In this document: piece after piece, positions 1 through 12,000 of the stretch
Position numbering within the stretch: the stretch's first letter is position 1
Layout: each line of letters begins with the position of its first letter
From: a virus
Taxonomy: Duplodnaviria > Caudoviricetes
IMG/VR virus record: IMGVR_UViG_3300042988_001200
Reading direction: 5' to 3' (one strand)
Length of the DNA stretch: 64,000 nt
The notes under the pieces: generated by a model
What the model saw: only the letters and a program-made list of their open reading frames with translations
Told to the model about the DNA's origin: nothing
Database searches by the model: none
Position numbers and translations under genes: made by a program

Positions 1-2
1 CC

Positions 3-3000
3 ATACCCTCTGGAGCTGACTCTAAGAATAAATCTATAGAGACTAACTACCTTCCAGAGGTACTAGCAGCAACTATAGGTATATCCTTTGGGGTAGGGGT
101 TGATGTAGGGATGTCTAAGTTATCTAAGAGTATGGCTAATAGGTCTAACACCTTTAGACATGTATTTGATAGAGATAGAACAGGGACTTTTAGTAAGAAC
201 TTCTCTCCTTTACTTTTAGGAGCTATAGCTGGAGCAGCTATATCAGATAACTCTATAGAAGATAAAGTACAGGGCACTTACCTAGGAGCTATGGGAGGAG
301 GATTTATAGGGTTCCTAGGTATGAAAGAAGAGATAGGTCCCATGCTTAATAAAAGATTAGGTCTAGGTCTAATGGGTGGGGCTCTAGGTCTATTAATAGG
401 TTCTAAGATAAGTGCTTCTAAAGAATCTAATAAAGTCACTTCTTATAGTATTAACAAAGGAGGAGAGTTAAGAGTTACTTATGATAACTTACAGGAGCTA
501 ATAAAAGAAGATAAAGCTACATTACCCTATGACTTCTATAAACATCCAGAGGCTAATAAGTTAGTAGAGGCTTATCTAATAAGTAATCAAAGGGGTTTTA
601 GAGGTATAGAAGATACAGGTAATTATGCAGATAGACATTTAATTTATCAGGTAAATAAAGATAAGCATGGATATAATACTCAAATAGGTAAGTTAAATAT
701 TAAGTTGGATATAACTGTTCCTAGTTATTCAAAAGAGGAGGGGTTTATTAGAGTTAGTCAAGAGGAGGTTAGAAAGAAGTATTCTATTAAGGATACTGAT
801 TCTATTGATAGAGCTAATGGTTTATTTAATGCTTATCAGATAGGTTTATTTATACCTTCTATGACCTTCTTTACTATAGGGACTATAGCAGAGGTTAAGA
901 ATAAACCCGGGGTTAAGAAGATAGTAGATTTTATTACTAACTATACAGATAAGGTTAAGTATCTATGGCCAGGAGAAAGAGCTATAGGTGAGGGTATACA
1001 GGAGATAGGGCAGGGGAGTACAGCCTTTCTTACTAGAGGCTATTCTAGAGGACTTAATAGAGGTATAAGGAAACTAGGGGAGGGCATTAAGTATAAAGTT
1101 ATAGGTGAATCCCTTAGTTTAGCTAAGAAGACATTTATCTATGCTATACCTGTATCTATAATCTCCTCTATGTTTGGAAATATAGACAGAGATAATAATC
1201 AGAATATAGAGGTCTATAGTAAAGAGGTGTCTCACTATGAAGCTATAGAGACTATAATGCCAAAGGCTACAGGTAATAAGAATATAGACTCTAGAGTTAA
1301 TCTTCAGACTTATATGGAGGAGGGTACAGCCTATAAGTTAGGGGATGTTATTATCTATGATTCGGGCACTATAGGCCAAGGATTAAGGAACTTTCTAGAG
1401 ACAGCTCCAGATAAATCTGTTAAAGCTCTTTTATATAAGCTAGGACATGAACAGGGGTTACAAGAGGTAATAAGTAGAAAGGCTGCTATAGGGGGTATAG
1501 GTATAAGTGGTGGGGACAATATAGATACCTTTTCCTTTTGGGATGAGATAGGAAAAGGATTTCAAGGAGAGGGGTCATGGGCACAGGTTTTTAGTTATCC
1601 TTTAAGAGCTAGTAAACATGAATCATTAGGAGCTGGTATAGCTTCAATAACCAGTCCTATAGTAGGAGGGTTGTATAACAATCTAGCTACTAACCTAGGC
1701 TTTGACCCTATATATAACTATAAGTTTGATAAAGATGTTTACTCTCCATTAGCTCATTCTCTAAATACTCTTACTTATGGTGGGTTGGGAGCAGCAATAG
1801 GTATAGGGATACATTCATATGTAGGGGGAGCAGGTAGGATACCTATGAGGGGTAAAGGGAGATTCGTAGGAGGGTTAATAGGAGGGCTTATAGGTGTAGC
1901 TCTAGGAGCCACTCAACCTACATATATAGACTCTGGATTCTATGATTCCTTAAGTAAACAAACACAGTTATCCTTTGGGGTATTTAAAGAGAGTAGTGCC
2001 CATAAAGCTCTTACTAAAAAAGATTCTTCTATAGGAGACTTAGTATTAGGGGCTGGACTAACTGCTGGACTACCAGCATTGGTAGGTGTGGCTCTACCAA
2101 TGAAAGGGAGAGTTAATAGAGGTATATTCCTAGGGATAGTTGGTTATACCACTGGTATGATTATATCTACTATGACAGGTAATGGTGTATTACCATCTAC
2201 CTTACCTATGTCTAGAAGGTTCTTAACCAATGAGTATGACCTTAGTAATCAAACCTTTAGTGTTTTACCAGGGGCTAGAAGGGGTAGTGGTAAACAACAG
2301 TTATCCCATATTCACTCTAAGACCTTATGGAGTAGGGAAGAGGTGTTTATATCTACAGGTAACTTAGATTCTGTATGGAAGAATATATATGGAGATGAGT
2401 CCCAGTTTAATATAGCTGTTAGGGTTAAAGGAGATACAGCTAAGAAGCTAATACCTCAATTAGATATTCTCCATGAGTTTATGAAGAAAGCTACTCCAGA
2501 TTCTAACCTTTCTTCTATAGTAGACCAGATACCTGATTTGATACTAGGGGGGCAAGGTTCTAAATCTAATGAGAAGATATTAGAGTTTATTCAATCAGCT
2601 AAAGGGGATTTATGGATATCTGCTCCATATCTAGCAGGATTAAGTAGAGATGTAAGACCTTTAGTAGAAGCTATTAAAGCTCTAGAGGCTAAGGGACAAA
2701 ATGTTCATCTTATAGCTCAGAACCCTAGAGGAGTGTCTGCTGGGGGCCAACCAGAGATGTCTATAGCTTTACAAAGAGAGTTATTAGCCTCTGGAATAGA
2801 TGTATACACCACTCCATATACTAATACCACCCTAACCCATGCTAAGTTATTAGCTGATGATGTAAAGACCTTTATAACTAGCCATAACCTATTCTCTGGT
2901 AACTCTATGAATAAGGTAGTAGAGGTAGGTATAGTTCTAGAGGGGGAGGAATATGCTAAGGCTACTAAACAGGCAGCCCTTAGATTTATGATAAAGAATA

Positions 3001-6000
3001 ACTTCTCTAATATTAAAGATAGTCCTCAATTCTCTCCAGAGGTATCTAAAGGATTTAGAGGGGTAGAAAGAGTAAAGGCCCTAGATATAAACCCTCAGTT
3101 TGCTGGTCTATTTGACCACCATTCAGGCTATCTCCTTCTTAACTCTCAAATGGGAGCATCCTTTTTCTACTCTAGAGCTCTATATAATAATCTCCAACGT
3201 CAAGCAGGTTTCTATCATAGGATTATAGATGAAGAGTTTGGTCCAGCTACTAGCTTATTTAAAATAGCTTATCTAGCTCACATAAATAAGAACACTAATA
3301 CTCCTTTAAGTACGGACTTATCGTATATCCCCTACTTTGTTAGTCAATATGATAAAGAGTTACAGACTCAGGGGGTAGGTGGGGTATTTAATGAGTTTGT
3401 ATCCATGAGGTTAGGGATGGGTAGGATGTATAAAGATGAGTATGGGTTTATAGGTTCTATAGCTGGTTCTATAGGGGCTATTCTAGATAGAACTTACCTA
3501 TTCTTCCAGGGAGGTAATATAGTGGGAGTTCATAGTAACTATGATGATGTAGATAACAAGGATATGAAGTATAAGAATAGAATGTTTCAAGAGGGGACCT
3601 TTGAAGCATTATTTACTTATCTAGCTGTTACTGCTGAATCTGCTGTAGCTTCTATAGCCTTATATATCTCATTAGGAGAACCTATTAATTTATTAATAGG
3701 AGAGGGTTTTAAGACATCTACAGAGAACTTTATTAGAGATGCTATTAAAGAAGAAGATTTCCTATCCCCTTCATCTAGACTTAAAAGAGCCTCTAACCTA
3801 GGGTTATATGACTCTCAGAGTTCTATACAAGCTAGACTATCTTTATTCTCTTCTATTACATCAGGGGAGGAGTATTTCTCTGTATCTAACTTTAAGTTAA
3901 CTCCTTATCATGTAAGCAACTTCTTCCTTAGAGAAAGGTCCTACCATCTACAAAGAGAGGTATTAGAACCCTTCTTACTAGAGAAGATAAACCCCTATGA
4001 GAGATTTGAAAGGTCTCAACAAGGTTTTAGAGCGGTTATTAATAAGTTTATAGAAGAGATAAGAACCCCTCCAGAGATTAGATTAGTAGCTTCAGAATCT
4101 AATCTAGAAACTATATCTAAACTAGTAAAACAACAGAAGGAGATAAGTGAACACTTAAGTTCTATAGGGGTTAATAAAAAGCTAGTAGATGTAATTATTT
4201 CAGAGGCTATAGGTTATAAGGAAGTAAGGAGTCAATTAGCCTCTGCTCTAAATCTAGATCCTAATGCCTCCTTAGATGAAATAGTTAACACTCTTAAAGG
4301 ATTTAACTCCTCCTCTTATTTAGATGGTGTACTTCCATCTATACAAACTAGAAATAAACTAGGTACTTATACTTATACAGAAGAGGGTAAGTTAATATCA
4401 GGAGTTAATTTAGAGATAGGTAATGTAGGTGTAGAGAGAGCTACTAGGATAGCAAGAGCTGTACAGGATATATTAGATGAGATACCTCTTAATCCTATAC
4501 ATTGGAAGGTCTTTAATAGTAATAGTGTGGCTTCTTTATTAGGAGTAAAGGAAGGGGGTTATCAGAGAGTGGTTAATAGAACTAACTTTACTGTTATATC
4601 TAAGGTAGCTACTATAGGGGATATCCTATCCTTTACAGATTTAACTCAAACTATGTCAGAGATTATGTTTGGTAAAGGAGGGATATCTGCCTTCATAGCC
4701 GCTAATGAAATATATAGTACAGAAATAGATAAGAGTATAGCTAGACATTCAGTAGATAGGATTCATACTATATGGAATATGACAGCAGGAGCTGCTTATA
4801 GAGCTTCCTCTAGAGCATGGTCTAGATATAAGTTAGTTATGGGATTACCCTTTCAGACTGGATTAATGAAGGCTAGTGAGTCATTAAAGGCTATGGAGTT
4901 TAATCTATTTAATAAGATAGGGGATGATGGATTAAGAGGTATAACCTGGGGAGATGATGCAGCTATTATCTCTAAGAGAATAGAGGATTTAACTAAAGAG
5001 GCTAAAGCTATATGGGAACAGTCTATACAGTCTGGTGAGTATGAACGTATATCTAAATATGTATCAAGTCTAGACCAAAGAGGGTTTATAGCTGAGTATA
5101 TAGCAGAACAATTACAACCTCATGTGGATCCATTAGCCAGAAGAATTAATTATATAGATGAATCAGTAGTATCTGCATTACATCAAGTAGATGAGGTTCA
5201 TCAGGCTCTATCTAATAACCCTAGAATGGCAGGTACTTTCCTTATGGAGATGCAAGAGCATTTAAGGAAAGAAACTATGGATATGTTTGTTACTGCTACT
5301 ATGAGTGGTTCTAATCTACAGAAACGTCTTATTAAACTTAGACCAGGGGACCCCTATGGTCTAGCCTCTAAGAAGAAGATGGCTTCTGTAGCTATGTCTT
5401 TATTAGGTATAGGAACTATATTCCTAGAACAACTCTTTACTAATACTCAGGGAGTAAGTATATTTACTCAGGTAGCCACAGCTCTTACATTTAGTAGATA
5501 TAGTGATAAAGAAAGTGGTGTATCTACTACATTTACTAATAGTGCTTTCCTACCTGGTTCTGGTGTATCTAGATATATAACTAATATAGGGGTTAATATA
5601 GGGGTCCTTGGTCTATCTCATATAATAGGTTCTTCTATATTAAGGGCTCAGGCTCTAGATTACACCTTTGATAATGACTTGTTATATAGACATATAGATG
5701 AGACTAGGGGAGCTTCTATTAACATAAGACTCAAACATCTAGATGCTAATGGAGATGAGGTAATAGAGCTTGTATCTGATTTAATAGATGATTGGAAGAC
5801 AGAGGGTGTAGAGTCTGGAGCTGACCTTATTAAGAGATTAAAGGGGTTAGTTAATGAGGGTTACTCCCTTCAATACGCGGTTACTAAAGGAGCTTCCACT
5901 AAGTACCTATCAGCTTTTGTAGAAGGTAAATATCTAAAGACTAGGGCTATTAGATTTGTAGGTAATACATGGTTTAACACTGCTGTAACATATGCTGTAT

Positions 6001-9000
6001 TAACAATGGCTATAAAAGGGGTTAAAGGGGGTATAGCTTCTACTCTTAATACTCTTAGAGATACTACTGGAACCATAGACCCTATTCTATTTGGAGGTAT
6101 AGGTATGGGTATTGGAGCTATAAAAGGGGGATTTAGAGGAGGTCTAGCTGGATTAGCTGTAGGGGTATTTAGCTCTTTTATAATGAATAGTCTAGGGGTT
6201 AAACTTCTTAATATTGGAGGTAAAGGAGTTAAAGTAGATAATTTAGAGACTGGTATTTTATCAGAACTATCTAACTTTAGACATTATGTTATGGCTAATC
6301 TAGGAGATGCTAGTAGAGCAGAACTAATGGCAGCTCTATGGTCTAGAAATATGGAGTCTGCCTATTCTATTCTCTATAAAGAGCCTTCTGGTACAACCTC
6401 TAATGTATTAGCTAAACAAATAACCTTTCCAGTATTCCAATTCTTCTTTACTAGTAAGGTAATAGGAGAACAAATAAATAATGAAGGGATAATAACCAAT
6501 CCTGGGCAGATATATTATAGTACAGGGATTCAGGGTCCTCCTATAAGTGGTATATCCTTCTCTTTTGGTCTTCCTTTTAAGATAGTAAAGGGAAAGGGGG
6601 TGTTTGGTACAGGTATTGCCTATAATGAAGAGGCTAATGTTATGGATTATATTCATAGTGTTAGCTACACCTCTTTATATCTAGGAGCTAATAGTCTAGC
6701 TCTTGGGACTTTATATAAAGTAAGTAACTCATTAAAGAGTAAATCAGCTATTAAGGAAGTAGGAGTTCTAGAAATGTTAGCTAAGATGTCTAAGGGTACT
6801 GCTCAATTAGTAGATGATGTTTTAATGACTCCCGTAGAGTTTGGATATAGAGTAGTAACCTCTCTAGCTACAGTGGATATTCGTAATGCTTTCTCTGTAG
6901 CTTATAAGGAACAAGATAAGGCTGCTCAATTAGGTACTTTAAGAAAACCTGTAGGGGGTATAGGAGCTCTAGCATTAAAGACTTTACTAGGGTTATATAT
7001 AGGGGGTCAGATAGGAAGTTTATATCAAGGTATAGTCTCTAAGGATACTATTGAGTATCAAGATAAAGTGTCTTCTGCTATAGATGTAGGGGCTCTTATA
7101 GGTGGGGGTCTAGCAGTTGGTCATCATTTTATATACCCTAAGATATATCCGCATATACAGGGTAAGTTATTTAAATACAACTCTTTACCTAGACTCCCTA
7201 GATATATACCAGCTCTAGCTATAGGAATAGGAGTAGGCACTCTTATGGCTAATAGTAGCTATGGATTAAGTAGTGGTATGGATTTCCATGAGGATGAACT
7301 TAGTTTCACTAAATATGCAATTACTGCTGTAGGTTATGGAACAGTATTAGGAACTGTAGCCTATAAGGTGGGTAATATAGGATTAACAATGGCAGATACT
7401 CTCCAGAAGTATGTAGATTTAGATAGTAGGTTAGAGATGGCTACTGTTAAGAGTACAACTGGTAGTGGGTTAAATAGGATGGTTAATAAGGCTAAGAAGT
7501 TCTACTACTCCTTATTTATAGATAATGCCCAGAAGGAAGCTCAGATGGTAGTAGATACTATTAAACATAACCAGCAGGAGATAGATGTTAGATATAACCA
7601 AGTAAAGGGGGTAAAGGGAGAAACAGTAGCAGATACTTTACCAGATGGTTATGCTCGTAAAGCTGTAGAACTTATAGATAATAATACAGATGTTAAGTTT
7701 CTTATTCACTCTAGTGAGAACAAAGAGATTCTTAATAATATTAATAAAGCTAAGGGTTCGTTCTTAGAGTCTAGATTTCATAAAAGGATATTTCCTCATA
7801 GAGTTAAGAGAACAGTAGGTGGGATGATAGCTCTTGGAATAGGATTATCTATATTAATGGGAGGTAATGAGGGTCAGTTCTATGATTATATAGAGGGAGC
7901 TTCTCCTGATCAATCTAAGGTTAGAGCTTCAATGGGTAAGATGCAGGCTGTATTCAGGTCTTCTCTAGCAGATATATTTAGGTTAATAACAGGTAGAGAT
8001 AAGAAGCTAATGAGTCCTAACCAACTTAATAATGTCTTTAGGTCAGCATCTGAGTATACAGGTATAGACTATAAAGTTCAATATGAGAAGTTATTAAAGA
8101 CTAGACCAGACCTTATTAATTCTATTAATAGTAGTATTAATGGTTTCTCTCAATTAATGGTATTTGATAGCCCTAATGCTTTTATATCTATAGGGGTTAT
8201 AGGAGGAGCATTTAGAAGAAGTGAGTATGGTAACATCTTAACTCCTTATATTCAGATTCAAGGTACAGGGGCTGATATAAGTACAGCTTCCTACCAAATG
8301 GTCTCTAGGTTCTATTTCAACTCTGTTATAGGTGGAGCTAATAATCTCTACTTTGATATTATGAATGCTGTAAAGATAAGTAATCAGGCATTAAAAGCTG
8401 GTCAACCTATGTCTAAATTTATATCTAGACAGATAGCTATTAACCTTCTTAGTGTTACAGCTAAACAACAACCTCTACAGAAGAGGAGGAAGGTCTCTAT
8501 GTTAAATGAAGAGACTATATCAGCCCTATCTTCTGATAGCCTTCTAGGAGCCATATTAAAACATAGGGTTAATATTACTAAGAACCTTAGCTATCAACCA
8601 CCCCTCTCTTTAGCTACTAGACTTTTATTAAATAATGTAGAGACTAATCCTCAAATAGCTAATCCTGTACTTCTATATTTACTTTCTCCTGATACTTTAA
8701 AGGAACTAGGTTTAAATATTGACTCTACTGTATTTGAGTTGTTATCTAAGGACCCCTTCTTCTTATTATCTAAGTCCTTTGTTATTAATGGTATTAACTC
8801 TTTTGCTCTTAATAGAGATGCTGTAGGTAATTACCTTAAAGGTATATTCTTCCCAGCTCAGATACCTATGGACCATCAAGATATATGGAAGGGTGGGGAT
8901 TCCTCCTATATCTCCTCCTATTATCAACATGAAGGAGACATAGGCTTTGCTATTATGCAGGCTAGTAGAACCAATCCTATCCTTCAATTATTAGGTAATT

Positions 9001-12000
9001 TAACTAGAGGAGTTCCTAGTTCTATTAAGGCCCTAGGAGCTGGAGTCATATTTGCTTCTTTATTAGGGGTTATAACCTTTAATCTAGGGAGAAAGGGTCT
9101 AGCTATAGAAGATAGAGCTTTATATAAGGAGATAAATGAATACTTTCTATCTGGATGGTTTAAACAAAGTAGAGAGGCAGAGGGGTTTGCATGGACCTTT
9201 AGAACCTCTTATCCCTTAGTAGGTAAGAAGGCTAGTCTAAAGGTTAGTGGAGAGAACTATTCTATTATCTATAAGGGGGCATACCAGTTTGTTATTAATA
9301 ATAGGATAGGTAATAGTGTAGGTATAAGTAGACTATTAGCTAAAGTACAGGAGGACCTGTATGGAATAATTACTGAATCCTTTGGGGCTGAATATGATGA
9401 TAAAGGGGTGATGACTAAGAAAGGTACTAATCTAGCAGACTGGTTTTTATCTAGTAATAAACAAAAGGAGTTAATCCAGGCCATTGAGTCTATAGATAAA
9501 CCTACTAAGGCTGATTCTTTAACCATCACTCATTTAGATGAGAATGGTAACTCTACGGATAAAGTCTTTACAGTAGAAACAGATAAACCTATACTAGATA
9601 ATCTTAATAACCTTAAACACTTTGAGGATTCATTAGGAGAATTAGATGAGGCTCAGTCCGCTCTATTAATTGAGTTTAGAAGTAAACAGACATCATTATA
9701 TGAGAAATCACTTAGACCCTCTACTTTAGTAAAGAATATAACAGATGTTTTTATGAAGGATATGGAAGATTTAGTAGATAGATACATAGACACCCTTATT
9801 GATAATAGGATAAGAGTTAATGAGAACTATCTATTAAATTTACCTCAATTAGATAATGAAACTAAATCTATAAGTGAAATATTTGATTCATATCAAGACC
9901 CTAATAGTAGATATAAGGGGATAGTTAAATATGTAGATTCCTTTGGAGATGTAACTAGATGGACAGAAGTATCCTTTATAACTATACTTAACCCTAATAT
10001 GGGACTACAGGATATGATGGAAATTAGTTATCTATTAAAGAATAAGGATACAAGACCCGAGGGTTTAACTAGATTAGTAGCTGGAATGAGTGCAGAACAA
10101 AAAGCTCTTTATACTGTAAATATAGATGGGAAGGCTACTGTAGATATCCATAAGGCCCTTAAAGAACAAGCTAGGGTGGCCATTAGTGATGCTGTGGAGC
10201 AGTATATATCCCAGTTCCCAGGGTCAACAGAGGAAGCAAAGAAGGCTCTTCTAAAGCATTTCCAAGGTACTAATCCTAGACTAGATAATATGACTATAGA
10301 AGTTCTAGGGGGTTTAATTGGATTAAAGAAGGATAAAGATGCTTCCTTCTTTTCTTTACTTAGACATCATTGGGCTGGATTAGGAACTACACCTACTGCT
10401 GATGTAACTAGAGGTCTCTCTACAACTATGAGACGTATGGTTAATTTTATTAGAGGTAAATCTTCTATACCAGATGCTGATGAGACAGGGGTAGTATCTA
10501 CTACTAAGACAGACCCTTATCTAATCGGTAAGTCTAATAATAGTCCTATACCTATGGGGATAATGACTGAATCAGGAGATGAGGTTATTAATAGAGTTCT
10601 AGTAGCTCAAGATATGGCTAGAGCTGATGTAGGATTTGGTAATAAGATAGGTAAGGGCTTTGGTATATTACTAGAGTTCTTAGGCTTTGGAGTAGATGTA
10701 GTAGAGGGTGTATCTACTATGGCCGCCTTCTCTAGATTAGGTCATGCTTATACATCTGAGACATATACAGAAGCTCAGATTATGAATGAGGCTATGTACG
10801 CTGGTACTACCCTAGTTAACTCTGCTTTATCTATACTTATTCTAGGAGCTGCTTCTTATGCAGCTAATGTATTTGCAGCAGGGACTTTAGCTGCTTTTAT
10901 AGCTCCATTGGTTATTATAGGTGTAGCTTCATTAGCAGGCTTTGCCTTTAATAAATGGGCTCCAGACTCTATTAAGAGTAAAGTTCATGGAGGGTTTAAT
11001 AAACTATATGAAGGGGCAGCTAAGATGCTTAAAGGTGGTGGAGATTTCTTTAGAGATAAGTTTGGTAAAAGAGCTGCATCAGCATTCTCTCATGCTGTAG
11101 GTGGCATAATGATGGGGGGAATGATAGTAGCATCTCTAGGTACTATCTCATCTATCAGTGCTTTAGTAGGGTTAGGTACAGCTATATCTATGCCTGCTCT
11201 AGGCAGCTTCTTATTAGCAGGGGCAGCTATAGGTGGTGTAACAGCAGCAGCTATAGGGTTTCTTAATCCTGGTTTATTAGATAAAACTCTAGGTCCTATG
11301 GTAGAGTCCTTAAGTAATGTAAGGATAGGTAATGTTCCTTTAGGACGTTTATTTGTTATAAGACCAGACCAGTGGTTATATGAGTTTATGAAGACAGGAG
11401 ACCCTATAACTGGAGTAGATAAATATGGAGCTCCTATTAAAGCTATAACTGCTAATGATTTAATTAAACAAGATTATGCTGCTCAATTACTAGCTGCTGA
11501 TGATTATACCGGCTCTAGTGCTGCTTCTTTATTTATCCACCAAGGGATGTATGGAACTTATAACACTAATAACTCAATAGATAAATATGGAAAGGTAAGT
11601 ATAATAAGGCCCCCTTCTATACTTTCTCCCTTTATTCAAAAGGAGATTAAATATAGAGGTCAACTCTTTAATCAATCTATTGTAGGTAGATATGTATGGA
11701 ATACTCTACTAGCTAATAGTTCTAACCAAAGGCATGTAAGAAAGGTTATGGAATCTCCTATACTTAAACCCTCTACTAATGCTCTTAAACAAATAAGTAT
11801 TGATGCAGCTAGACATGCACAAGTAAAACAGTTCCAATCTAAGTCTGTGACCTTATTATCTAAGTCCTTTACTATCAGAAATATACCTATACTAGCCTCT
11901 ATAATTGATAAGTTTAATGATGCTAAAGCTAAGTTACAGGCTAAGATAGCTTACGCTAAATTACCCATCAGGGCTATATTTAGATTAGATAATATAACAA

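Noticed and set aside
47-9529. Antisense ORFs inside the giant gene (47-277, 5870-6076, 6408-6656, 8766-8987, 9269-9529)
   Set aside because: Shadow ORFs fully overlapping a long opposite-strand CDS, with no motifs.
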